From Chloroflexota bacterium (lineage in GTDB: Bacteria > Chloroflexota > UBA11872 > VXOZ01), in contig CAXXVD010000005.1 in the NCBI GenBank assembly GCA_963662335.2, forward strand, positions 480,001 to 544,000: a stretch of 64,000 bases of DNA, read 5' to 3'. The first letter of the stretch is position 1; each line of letters begins with the position of its first letter. The position numbers and the translations under genes were made by a program. Positions 40,590 through 49,758 of this stretch are shown piece by piece. The notes under the pieces are model-generated. The model was not told where the DNA came from. It searched no databases and worked only from the letters and a program-made list of their open reading frames with translations.

Positions 40590-40713
40590 CCCCCGCGCCA
40601 CTTGTGTATGATGTATACGGTCGGCGGCAACCCCGGCCCGACATGCCGGAACAGGCCTGTCGTTTTGAAACAGATCCGTGTTTCCGGCGCAGGCCCGTCA
40701 CAACCGAAAAGGC

Positions 40714-40741
40714 CCGTCATTCCGGCGAAAGCCGGAATCCA
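40714..40741. repeat. Family C single arm
   Basis: CCGTCATTCCGGCGAAAGCCGGAATCCA. Confidence 0.8.
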
Positions 40742-40816
40742 GCGGGGAGCGGGGATTGTCGTGCCGCGTCAACAGCGCCGGAAACCAATAAGCAGCACTT
40801 TAGAGGAGGAAATCCC

Positions 40817-42151
40817 ATGACACTCGACCAGGTAAAGACACTGGTAGCCGAGCGCGGCATCAAGTTCTTTCTCTGCTCCTACGTGGAGATGAGCGGCGCG
40901 CCCAAGGCCAAACTCATTCCCGCCACCCACGTGGAGGACATGGCGGCGGGCAGCGCCGGGTTCGCCGGCTTTGCCGCCGGCGAGATGGGCCAAAGCCCCC
41001 ATGACCCGGACATGCTCTGCCATCCCGATTTCAATTCGCTCCTCATCCTGCCCTGGCGGCCGGACATTGCCTGGATTTCCGGCAACATCCACGTGAACGA
41101 CGCGCCCTGGCACTACGGCCCGCGCACCATCTTGCAGCGGCAGTTGGATAAGGCTGCGCAAGCGGGCTATCTCATGAACGTGGGCACGGAAGCCGAATTC
41201 ATGCTGCTCAAGCAAGACGAGCACGGCGGTTACGCCCCCTGGGACGCGCTGGACACCCTGGACAAGCCCTGCTACGACGTGCGCGCCCTCTACCGCAATC
41301 TCGACGTCATCACCACCCTGGTCGGCCACATGCAGGAACTCGGCTGGGAACCGTACGCCTCCGACCACGAGGACGCCACCTGCCAGTTCGAACTCAACTG
41401 GCTCTACGCAGACGGCCTCACCACCGCCGACCGCCACACGTTCTTCCGCTGGATGGTCAAGACGGTGGCCGAGGAACACGGCCTCACCGCCACGTTCATG
41501 CCCAAGCCGATCCAAAACCTGACCGGCAACGGCGCCCACTGCCACGTGAGCCTCTGGGACACGGCGAACACCACCAACCTCTTCCTCGATGAGGACGACG
41601 AGAACGGTCTCTCCCAGCTAGCCTACTGGTTTACCGGCGGCGTGCTGCACCACGCGCGCGCGCTGACGGCGGTGACCTGTCCCATCGTGAACAGCTACAA
41701 GCGCCTGATTCGCGGCCAGCCGCGCTCCGGCGCGACCTGGGCGCCCGTATATGGTACGTATGGCGGCTCCAACCGCACCCAGATGATCCGCATCCCTGAC
41801 CCCGGACGCATCGAAAACCGCATCGTGGACGGCGCCACGAATCCCTATCTCGCCTACACCGTGCTGCTGGCCGCCGGCCTGGACGGCATCGCCAACCAGA
41901 TGGATCCCGGCCCACGCAACGACGACAACCTCTACGAACTCTCCGAAGCGGAACTCCACCGCCGCGGCATCACGTTCCTGCCCACCAGCCTGCCCGAGGC
42001 GCTGGACGAACTTGACAAGGACGACGTCCTCAAAGAAGCCCTGGGCCGCGAATACGCCGACTACTTCATCGCCGTCAAACGCGAGGAGTGGAACCGCTAC
42101 CACCTGAGCGTGAGCCAGTGGGAGCTGGATAACTATATCGGCGTGTTCTAA
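40817..42151 (+). CDS. glnT: Type III glutamate--ammonia ligase / gamma-glutamylmethylamide synthetase (GlnT/GmaS)
   Basis: KAKLIPA, GFAGFAAG, KPCYD, DHEDATCQFE, TFMPKP, TGNGAHCH, SGATWAP, NRTQMIR; GAGGAGG RBS before MTLDQ. Confidence 0.88.
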   Translation: MTLDQVKTLVAERGIKFFLCSYVEMSGAPKAKLIPATHVEDMAAGSAGFAGFAAGEMGQSPHDPDMLCHPDFNSLLILPWRPDIAWISGNIHVNDAPWHYGPRTILQRQLDKAAQAGYLMNVGTEAEFMLLKQDEHGGYAPWDALDTLDKPCYDVRALYRNLDVITTLVGHMQELGWEPYASDHEDATCQFELNWLYADGLTTADRHTFFRWMVKTVAEEHGLTATFMPKPIQNLTGNGAHCHVSLWDTANTTNLFLDEDDENGLSQLAYWFTGGVLHHARALTAVTCPIVNSYKRLIRGQPRSGATWAPVYGTYGGSNRTQMIRIPDPGRIENRIVDGATNPYLAYTVLLAAGLDGIANQMDPGPRNDDNLYELSEAELHRRGITFLPTSLPEALDELDKDDVLKEALGREYADYFIAVKREEWNRYHLSVSQWELDNYIGVF

Positions 42152-42166
42152 TCTCTGAACTCCTGT

Positions 42167-42189
42167 GTAGCGCGGGGGCTTGTCCCCCG
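42167..42189 (+). repeat. Family D GTAG-type REP
   Basis: GTAGCGCGGGGGCTTGTCCCCCG just after the glnT stop, at the boundary of a low-GC segment. Confidence 0.78.
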
Positions 42190-42315
42190 TGTTGGCGGAT
42201 CCCTATCCGTCGTGGAGAAGACTGATCGCGCCCCGTAACGAGTACGGAGCAGGTTTTGCACGAGAATGTGGGGGCATAGTATGCCCTGTGCGAGGCATTA
42301 CTTTCGAGACATGAG

Positions 42316-43050
42316 TTGATGCGCAGTTTCAGAAAGACTCTTGAAGTGCGTGAGCGCGATCTACTGCGTTTCTACAAGATTCTTGCCGCCTTAGAACGCA
42401 AGGTCGGTGGCACGCGCAAACTTGCCGACTGCACTGGGCGCGGTAATTGGCCTAGGCGGGGTGTTTACTTCTTTCAGGAACCCGGTGAATTTCGCCCTGA
42501 TACCGGGGATAGCTTGCGGATCGTCCGCGTTGGAGTTGGGCCTGATGGAGTTCGTTCCAGTTCGCGTACTCTCTGGGACCGCTTGCATGATCACAAAGGG
42601 TTTAGCACTTCTTCCGGTGGCAATCATCGAGGCTCGATATTCCGGCGTCTCGTAGGTGAATCACTAATGAATCGTGACGACGTGTTCTGTCCGTCGTGGA
42701 AGAGAGGAATACCCAAACCGCGATCAGGCACAAAACGAGAAATCGAGGAAGCCTTGGAGCGAAAGGTCAGGGCTGAAATCGGGGCGATGCCCTTTCTGTG
42801 GATTGCAGTTGAGGATGAAGCAGGTCCCGAAAGCATGAGATCTTGTATTGAGCGCAACACCATCGCGCTCCTAAGCAACTATCAAAGACCGCCGTTAGAC
42901 TCGCCTTCCGACGACTGGCTGGGAAGTTGGTGCAGCCGAACAAAAGTGAAGGAGTCCGGCCTGTGGAACAATCGCCACGTCGATGAGCGCTACCAGCCAC
43001 AGTTCCTGGATACTCTCGAAGCTGTCGTGGGAACAATGCGAGAAAGTTAA
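42316..43050 (+). CDS. GIY-YIG-like nuclease
   Basis: RGVYFF...IVRVG hairpin, TLWDRLHDH helix, GNHRGSIFR, IERNTIALL; low GC. Confidence 0.6.
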   Translation: MMRSFRKTLEVRERDLLRFYKILAALERKVGGTRKLADCTGRGNWPRRGVYFFQEPGEFRPDTGDSLRIVRVGVGPDGVRSSSRTLWDRLHDHKGFSTSSGGNHRGSIFRRLVGESLMNRDDVFCPSWKRGIPKPRSGTKREIEEALERKVRAEIGAMPFLWIAVEDEAGPESMRSCIERNTIALLSNYQRPPLDSPSDDWLGSWCSRTKVKESGLWNNRHVDERYQPQFLDTLEAVVGTMRES

Positions 43051-43092
43051 TGACTGTCTAGCTAGAGCCAGATCATTAGAGATGAGGTTTTC

Positions 43093-43809
43093 ATGGTCAT
43101 TGTCATGCCATGCGCAGGTGACAAGTGCAAGAGTGCGGGCAGAATGAAGCAGGCCGATGGTAAGCTAGTAGAGTTCGTTGCTCACCCAAAGAAAGTACCA
43201 CCAAACAAGAAGAGCCCCACGAATGCATTTGCTCATCCTGATTGCTTGATATCTTCATCTTCCGATAAGTCTTGGAGAGATGAGCTAAAACGCTACAATG
43301 TAGAATACAGGAGATCAGGGTCCAACCCCTTGAAGCTGCTGCCTGCAAAGGACTTGTATCGTCCTCGTGCTCATTCAGGCATTTATCAGGATTTGGTGGC
43401 GAAATTCTCTTTAGAAAGTGTGTTCATCCTGTCCGCCGGATGGGGATTGATTGGTTCAGGATTTCTAACGCCTTACTACGACGTAACATTTAACAGTGGA
43501 GCTAGAGAGTGGAAGAAGCGAAAGACAAGAGATGACTTTGATGACCTGTGCCACCTAAAGCATGGCATGACAGGCCCTCTAGTGTTCTTGGGTGGCAATG
43601 ATTATTTGAAGCATTTCGCTAGACTGACTCAGGGTATTGAGTGTCAGAAGGTGGTTTTCTTCTACAACGACACTAATCTGAGTGCCAAGAAGACTCATCC
43701 TAGTTTGCCCAACACCGAATTTCGACCATTCGATACCACGGAGTGTTTCAAGAGGATCTGGCATTACCTGTGCGCTCAAGCTCTGATTGACGGCAGAGTT
43801 ACAATTTAA
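43093..43809 (+). CDS. YaaA/DUF6884-like hypothetical protein
   Basis: IVMPCAGDK, LPAKDLY, FILSAGWGLI, PYYDVTF, FLGG.DY pattern; low GC. Confidence 0.55.
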   Translation: MVIVMPCAGDKCKSAGRMKQADGKLVEFVAHPKKVPPNKKSPTNAFAHPDCLISSSSDKSWRDELKRYNVEYRRSGSNPLKLLPAKDLYRPRAHSGIYQDLVAKFSLESVFILSAGWGLIGSGFLTPYYDVTFNSGAREWKKRKTRDDFDDLCHLKHGMTGPLVFLGGNDYLKHFARLTQGIECQKVVFFYNDTNLSAKKTHPSLPNTEFRPFDTTECFKRIWHYLCAQALIDGRVTI

Positions 43810-43922
43810 GTCAGTCGCACAGTTTTAAAACCTCCGCAATTCGGCGTAAACCTAGGGGAGTGCCTCCAAGCACTGGGTTATATTGAGGTATCTGAAAACG
43901 GGAGTCACTAAGACCGGAGGAC

Positions 43923-45086
43923 ATGATGGCCAAATACCATGACCCAGACTCAGGCATCTCCCTGGACAACGAATTCGAGTGCGCCAGCGCGCGGGCGTTT
44001 AGCAAGCTCGGCCCCGGGCGCTACCAGGTCGAGTTGCTCATCGAGAACTACAACCCGGCGTACCCGGTGGTGTGGGAGTACATGTTCTGCTTCCGGGTGC
44101 GGTCGCAGTCAGATCAAGCGCAAACGGTCACGTTTCGCGTCATGAAGGGGCGCGGCGGCATAAGCTATCTCGATGGGCCGCACTTTGCAAAGCGCAACGG
44201 CAAATGGGAACTCGTGCCCCGTTCCCAGACGCACATGAGCAATGACTACGTCGAAGTCACGCTTGAGGTTGGGCCGAACGACGAATTCTGGCTGGGCAAT
44301 CATCCCTTCCCCACTTCTGCAGAAGTGGAATCCGCCATGCACGCCACCGCCGCCGCCCTGGACGACTTTTCCGTGCGCGAATACGGACGCACGCCGGAAG
44401 GCCGTCCCCTGCTGGCGCTGGAATCCGAACCCCGCGACAAGACCGTCATCGTCTTCGATACGATGCAGCCGGCCGAGCCGGGTGACGTGCCGATTCTCTT
44501 TCTGGCACACTGGCTCAGCAGCCGTTCCGCCGAGACCGAGAGGCTGCTGCGGGAATACCAGTTTTGCCTGCTGCCGCTCACAAACCCCGATGGAACCGCC
44601 CACGGCCACTCGGTGACCAATGCCGCCGGCGAGGTGCCGCGCTGCCACTTCGAGGACGCGAAGCTAGGCAAGCCCGTGCCCGCCGAAGCCGGCGTCATTT
44701 GGCAGTATGTCGCCGGCAAGCAACCCACCATGTTCATCGAATTTCACATTCACTACCTGGTGCACGCCGCGCATAAGCTGGTGGGCATTGCCGTCAACGA
44801 GCCTTCGGACGAACGGGGCGTGGTCGCCCTGCCCGCGGCCACCGTGCTCTGGGGAGAACTGCTCAAGCTCAACAGCCAGTGGCGGGCGCGCCTGATCGAG
44901 GCCGAAAGCGAGACCTTCCGCAATAGCCTCGACTCTACGTTGGCGCGGGACTTTGGCACGCTCGGCTACGTCTACCAGATCTACGCCCCCACGGTGGAAG
45001 CCGCCTGCGCCCATGCCGTGGACGTGGTGCGCGCCACGGTGAAGGGAGCGCAAGAAGCGGCTGCCCTCACGCTGCGCAACGCCTGA
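43923..45086 (+). CDS. M14 zinc carboxypeptidase-like protein
   Basis: DNEFEC N-domain, YGRTPEGRPL, LLPLTNPDG, IEFH; the HxxE motif reads QPAE; GGAGG RBS. Confidence 0.65.
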   Translation: MMAKYHDPDSGISLDNEFECASARAFSKLGPGRYQVELLIENYNPAYPVVWEYMFCFRVRSQSDQAQTVTFRVMKGRGGISYLDGPHFAKRNGKWELVPRSQTHMSNDYVEVTLEVGPNDEFWLGNHPFPTSAEVESAMHATAAALDDFSVREYGRTPEGRPLLALESEPRDKTVIVFDTMQPAEPGDVPILFLAHWLSSRSAETERLLREYQFCLLPLTNPDGTAHGHSVTNAAGEVPRCHFEDAKLGKPVPAEAGVIWQYVAGKQPTMFIEFHIHYLVHAAHKLVGIAVNEPSDERGVVALPAATVLWGELLKLNSQWRARLIEAESETFRNSLDSTLARDFGTLGYVYQIYAPTVEAACAHAVDVVRATVKGAQEAAALTLRNA

Positions 45087-45137
45087 TCCCGCATCCTTGA
45101 TTTTCTGGCGCAGACCGGCATTCACGGCCTACGCACA

Positions 45138-45166
45138 TAGACAAACGCACTGAACTATTGTAGCCT
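45138..45166 (+). promoter_or_regulatory. Putative promoter TAGACA-N17-TAGCCT for solute-binding protein gene
   Basis: 17-bp spacing; followed immediately by the CAGGCAAGCGG motif shared with the 29.15 kb leader. Confidence 0.45.
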
Positions 45167-45336
45167 ACAGGCAAGCGGTATTCGGTATACGTGAGAGTGC
45201 GGGAGGCGGAAGAAAAACGCGCCTTGTGAGCGCAAGAGGCGAGAATCCAGTAGAAGGAGGTGTAGAGAACAGCAACAGCGCGCCGTCATCCCCACGCGGA
45301 GTAGCAAGAGTGGTACGACGGAGGAAGGACGAAACA

Positions 45337-46785
45337 ATGGCAACTCATGATCGTCAACTCACGCGCAGGAGCGTCCTCGGCGGCATCGCCGGCACACTTG
45401 GCATCGCGGCGGCAGCCGCCTGCGGACAGGTAGCCGCGCCGCAGGCTGAGGAAGAAGCGCCCAAGGCCGAGGCCGAGGAGCCCAAGCAGGCCGAAAAGGC
45501 CCCGGCAATGGAAATGGTGACCGTGCGCGCCGGGTGGATCTCCAATGACGCCGCGGTAATCGAGCCGTACTACGGCGACTTGCTCGTCGCCAGCTTCGAA
45601 GAGGCGCATCCCAACATCGAGGTGGCATGGGAAGGCGCGCCCGCTAGGGAGCACCACGCCAAGCTCGCCACCCAGTTGGCGGCAAACGAAGCGCCCGACG
45701 TCTTTCACAGCGACGGCGTCCGCTACGCGCTCTTCCGGGACTCCGGCTATATCAACGACCTCGCGCCTTTCTTGCAGCGCGACGCCGGGGCGCTGCAGGG
45801 CGTGATCGGCCCGGAATTCTTCCGCGATCCCGACGGCAGCACGTGGGGTATCTCCAGCAGCATCGGCGGCGTCGCCACGGCCTACAACACCGCTCACTTC
45901 GACAAGTTCGGCGTGAACCGGCTGCCTGAAGGCGGCCTGAACTGGAACCCCAGCGACGGCGGTGAATTCCTGGAAGTGGCGCAGGAGCTTACGCAACGCG
46001 GCAGCACTGAGGCCGACCCGGTCTGGGGCTTCTTCAACAACAAGCAGATCACCGGCGACGTGCTGAGCCTGCTCGTGCAGAACGGCACCAACTTCCTCAG
46101 CGACGACTACCGCCGCTCGCGCATCCACGAGCCGGAGTTCATGGAAGTGGTGGAATTCCTGCACAACCTGGAATTCAAATGGCAAGTGTCGCCGAACCCC
46201 GAGCACGTCGCATTGCTGTTAGAGGCCATACCCGAAGGCCAGACCTATCACGCGCCGTTCGCCTTCCAGCGCACCGCCATGATGAACCTGCTCATGGGTC
46301 AGTCCGGCCGCTGGGGCGGCCCCGATCCGGAGAGCCTGCCGGTGGTGGCCGTCAAGTTCCTGAACGGCCCGCAGAACGATAAGGTGCCCAGCGGCGGCCG
46401 CGTCATGGAGCACTGGGGCAGCACGAAAGTCCCCGACGAGGCGTGGGACCTCATGCGCTTCTTCCTGACCGACCACGAGGTCAATATCGCCACGTTCACA
46501 ATCCTCAAGTCCGGCTTGCCGCCCAACACGACCTTCTGGGACGACGAGCGCCTCTACGTCAAGTCAGGCCGCCCGCCGCGCGAAATCGAGGCCTACATGG
46601 CCACGCTGCGTGAGGGCAAAGGCTACTACTGGCAGGTGAACGGCGTCTGGAGCGCTTGGATTGGCGCGTACCGCACCGGCCAACGCGCAATCTGGGCCGG
46701 CGAGGCCACGGTAGAGGAAGCCATGCAGCAAGCCAGCAAGGAAGCCCAAGCGGCGCTGGACGAATACTACAGCGACAAGGAGTAA
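45337..46785 (+). CDS. Orphan ABC extracellular solute-binding lipoprotein (Tat)
   Basis: TRRSVLGG signal, AAACG lipobox, Glu/Ala/Pro linker, FEEAHPNIEV, APDVF, AYN...FDKFG, DEAWDLMRF. Confidence 0.85.
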   Translation: MATHDRQLTRRSVLGGIAGTLGIAAAAACGQVAAPQAEEEAPKAEAEEPKQAEKAPAMEMVTVRAGWISNDAAVIEPYYGDLLVASFEEAHPNIEVAWEGAPAREHHAKLATQLAANEAPDVFHSDGVRYALFRDSGYINDLAPFLQRDAGALQGVIGPEFFRDPDGSTWGISSSIGGVATAYNTAHFDKFGVNRLPEGGLNWNPSDGGEFLEVAQELTQRGSTEADPVWGFFNNKQITGDVLSLLVQNGTNFLSDDYRRSRIHEPEFMEVVEFLHNLEFKWQVSPNPEHVALLLEAIPEGQTYHAPFAFQRTAMMNLLMGQSGRWGGPDPESLPVVAVKFLNGPQNDKVPSGGRVMEHWGSTKVPDEAWDLMRFFLTDHEVNIATFTILKSGLPPNTTFWDDERLYVKSGRPPREIEAYMATLREGKGYYWQVNGVWSAWIGAYRTGQRAIWAGEATVEEAMQQASKEAQAALDEYYSDKE

Positions 46786-46929
46786 CACCTTTCACCGCGC
46801 CCACAAGGCTCACGCGCTGCCCCGCGCTCTCAACAGCCAATCGTGCGCGGGGCAGCCCGCCGCGCTGTGCTAGAATGGCGTTGTGCCGACTATTCACCGG
46901 CCGCCCTGTGGCAAAAGGAACATTGCGCC

Positions 46930-47544
46930 ATGAAAGCCTATCGCATTGACGTATTTCGGCGCCGCCGCTTGGCGCGGGCCGGCGTTGCCGCCCTCGTGCT
47001 CTGCCTTGCGTGGGCGCTGTTCAGCGGCTGCGCGGAAGGCGCCGCCTCCTCAGCGTATTCGTCGGCGGCCAGTTCCGATGACGCCGACGCCGTCGTTTCC
47101 AACGAAAACCGTATCTCCGAAGAACGCGCACACGACGATGCCCAGAACGTTGCGCTCAAGGATGCGGAGCCCCTGGGCGTCGTCACCTGGACCGAAGAGC
47201 CTGCCATCGGCGGCGGCGAACTGAAAGCCGCCGGTGAACTGCAGGACGGCGCCGCGCTCTTCATGCCCCAGGACGGCGACGGCTATGCCTTTTCCGTGCG
47301 CTACAAGACCCACGAGGATCCGATGGTCATCCTGCTGCCGGACCTTGGCCCCACCGCGATTTGGCAGAGTTTCCACACCATCGCGGACATGGAGATTGAG
47401 GTGGCCGGCGCCGCGTTCAGCTTCCGCGCCTATTCGCCCCTCTTCATGGACGTTGGCGGCGGCGATCTGGAACTCCGCGTCTACGGCTACGACAAAGACG
47501 GCAACCCGGCCCTGCTCGCCGTCCAACCCCTGGGCGGTGAATAA
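46930..47544 (+). CDS. Hypothetical lipoprotein
   Basis: Basic N-terminus, hydrophobic stretch, FSGC lipobox; host-like codon usage; AAGGA RBS. Confidence 0.65.
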   Translation: MKAYRIDVFRRRRLARAGVAALVLCLAWALFSGCAEGAASSAYSSAASSDDADAVVSNENRISEERAHDDAQNVALKDAEPLGVVTWTEEPAIGGGELKAAGELQDGAALFMPQDGDGYAFSVRYKTHEDPMVILLPDLGPTAIWQSFHTIADMEIEVAGAAFSFRAYSPLFMDVGGGDLELRVYGYDKDGNPALLAVQPLGGE

Positions 47545-47562
47545 GCCCGCGCCGCCATCTTA

Positions 47563-47644
47563 TCCCCTCTCCCGTGTGAGAGGACTATGGTGAGGGAGCG
47601 CGCTCTTGTCCCCTCTCCCGCCGGGAGAGGCTTAGGGTGAGGGG
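47563..47644. repeat. Family E repeat (CCCTCTCCC...GGGAGAGG..GGTGAGGG), two copies
   Basis: Copies at 47563-47596 and 47609-47644 between convergent genes. Confidence 0.7.
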
Positions 47645-47652
47645 AACGGGTC

Positions 47653-48051
47653 TCACTCCGTCGCGCGCAGGCGTTCCACGTTGCCCGGCCAGGCCAGGAT
47701 GCGCTCATCGGCGGTCACCAAGCGGTGGCCTTCCAGTGCCGTAGCCACGATCAAGCGGTCGGCCGGGTCGGCGTGCAAGTCCGACAGCAGCGTGGCGCGG
47801 ATGCCGATGGCGCCGCTCACCGGGATTTCCACCATTCCCTGCGCCAACTGCTCATCGCGCCAACGGCCCACGTCTTCCGGAAACGTGATACGCCCCTTCG
47901 CTCGCAGCATCGCAACTTCCCAGAACGAGATCGCGGAAACACACACCCCGTCGGACCGCCATGCCGCGCCGATCGCGTCACGCGCGCTCGCGCCCAGGCG
48001 GTCGTTGTCCAACCTGAGCCACAGCAGCACGTGCGTATCCAGGATTATCAC
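47653..48051 (-). CDS. vapC: Type II TA toxin, VapC/PIN domain
   Basis: IILDTHVLLW, VSAISFWEV, HADPADRLIVATA, LVTADE; GTGA overlap with antitoxin. Confidence 0.92.
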   Translation of the reverse strand: MIILDTHVLLWLRLDNDRLGASARDAIGAAWRSDGVCVSAISFWEVAMLRAKGRITFPEDVGRWRDEQLAQGMVEIPVSGAIGIRATLLSDLHADPADRLIVATALEGHRLVTADERILAWPGNVERLRATE

Positions 48052-48332
48052 GGTTCCAGCACCCGGTCCGGGTCGCTCTCGGCCTCCCACTCCTCATCCA
48101 GTGGCGCGACGATGTCTCCCACAATCTCGATCCGCCCTTTGTCTATGCCAAACAGGCTCTCCGGCCGCTCCCGGTACGGCGTCAGCCGCGACACCGGCCG
48201 CCCTCGCTTGGTGATCACGATCTCCTTGCCGCTGGCCGCCACCTCGTCCATCAGTTTCAGGCACTTCGCCTTGAACTCCGACGCCTTCATCACCCGCGCG
48301 CCGGACTTGGCCGGGTCGTCCACCGCATCCAT
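48048..48332 (-). CDS. Type II TA antitoxin, Phd/YefM family
   Basis: KASEFKAKCLKLMDEV, IVITKRGRPVSRL, GDIVAP. Confidence 0.92.
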   Translation of the reverse strand: MDAVDDPAKSGARVMKASEFKAKCLKLMDEVAASGKEIVITKRGRPVSRLTPYRERPESLFGIDKGRIEIVGDIVAPLDEEWEAESDPDRVLEP

Positions 48333-48368
48333 GCCGCATCGTCCTCTATTGATAGGTATTTCCCCTTG

Positions 48369-48396
48369 ATTGTAGCATGGTCATGACTATGGTCAC
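48369..48396 (-). promoter_or_regulatory. TA promoter (extended -10 TGCTACAAT) with TGACCAT repeat/palindrome operator
   Basis: Minus strand reads GTGACCATAGTCATGACCATGCTACAAT directly upstream of the antitoxin; type II TA operons autoregulate via such operators. Confidence 0.6.
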
Positions 48397-48444
48397 GTCC
48401 AGAACGACACCGCCGCACGCCGCGCCGGTGGGTCGCGCCATGCC

Positions 48445-49548
48445 CTATCGCACCTCGATGCCCTGCTCCGCCGCGACGCGGAGTTGGCGCTCTGAGTATT
48501 CCACCGCGCGGGTGTGTTCGCCGTCGCGTTCCAGCCGCACCAGCGCGCCGGAGACGTTTTCGGTTGCCACCGCCGCCTGGGCGAAGCCCGCCACGCAGTC
48601 CCAGCTATGGGTGGTGGCAAACACCTGCACGTTGTTCGCCTGCGCCGTCAGCAGCACCATGCGCCAGAAATCGCGCTGCAGCGTGTGGTGAATGCCGTTC
48701 TCCGCCTCGTCGATCAGCAGGAACCCGTCCTTGCTGTTCGCCAGCGCCAACGCCACCCCAAACAACCGCACCGCCCCATCCCCCAAACTCCGCAACGGCA
48801 CCGGCAGCTCCTGCCCAGAGATTCTGACCTTTGCGCGCCTTCCATAGCGCGTAGCCACTTCTTCGCCGACAACTGCGACACGCTCTACCTTGTCACGAAA
48901 GACCAGCCCCAGGGACTCTACAACGTGCTCCTCGTAGTCCGTCAGCGCAACCCTGTCCCATAGCCGTGCAATGTCGTGGTTGCCCAGAACGCTTGGCCCA
49001 AGGAACTCGCATCGGATGCCAGCGCCTAGTCCCACGTCACTTAGAACTGGCCTACTAATCAACCGAGTCTGCAGATAGCTGACTGGCACGGTGTTTTCGT
49101 CTCTATCGAACTCTAGCGTCAGAGTCCGGTTGTCCTCGTCCGACATGCTATGTGGTGATCTTCCCGACCAACCCTCAGACTTCTCTCCGTCGCGCATTCC
49201 AGCCTCAATACTAAGGACCTGGCGGCGCCCTGTGGGACCAATGGTTATGGGGCTGCGCGGCAAGGCCCGCCGCCCGTAGAATAGTGATTCCCAGTCAGGC
49301 AGCAATCTGTCTTTTTCATCGTATTCGAAGTCTCTGGCAATCTCCTCGTGTTGCGCCAAAATGCTCTCTAACACTGTCAGCAGGCCGCGCGCGGCATAAG
49401 TGCGCACCGCATCAAGCACAGTCGTCTTGCCGGCGCCGTTCTTGCCAGCGATGAGAGTCACGCGACCCAAGCACTCAATCGAGAGGTCTTGGATACCGCG
49501 AAACCTTCTGATGGTCAGATTGGGGAGATGCAGGTCATTTGCAGACAC
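48445..49548 (-). CDS. ABC-type AAA ATPase (AAA_15/AAA_21-like)
   Basis: RFRGI, GKNGAGKTT, SLGDG signature, LLIDEAENGIHH, TTHS, C-terminal IEVR. Confidence 0.85.
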   Translation of the reverse strand: MSANDLHLPNLTIRRFRGIQDLSIECLGRVTLIAGKNGAGKTTVLDAVRTYAARGLLTVLESILAQHEEIARDFEYDEKDRLLPDWESLFYGRRALPRSPITIGPTGRRQVLSIEAGMRDGEKSEGWSGRSPHSMSDEDNRTLTLEFDRDENTVPVSYLQTRLISRPVLSDVGLGAGIRCEFLGPSVLGNHDIARLWDRVALTDYEEHVVESLGLVFRDKVERVAVVGEEVATRYGRRAKVRISGQELPVPLRSLGDGAVRLFGVALALANSKDGFLLIDEAENGIHHTLQRDFWRMVLLTAQANNVQVFATTHSWDCVAGFAQAAVATENVSGALVRLERDGEHTRAVEYSERQLRVAAEQGIEVR

Positions 49549-49758
49549 GGCTGTAATTTTCTCGCTGTATGTTTCCGCAATACTTGAAGCCTGATAGGAG
49601 GGCGAGTCCGTAGCAATGCAGTGTGCCCAATAAACGTTGACTGCAATGTCTCACTTGCCTTGTCCAGTATACAAGAACCCACCATATGGCAGGCAGACTG
49701 GCAGGCCAACTCTACCTCGTCTTTGGACAAACTCATTTACTAGCGCCTCGCTGGTACA

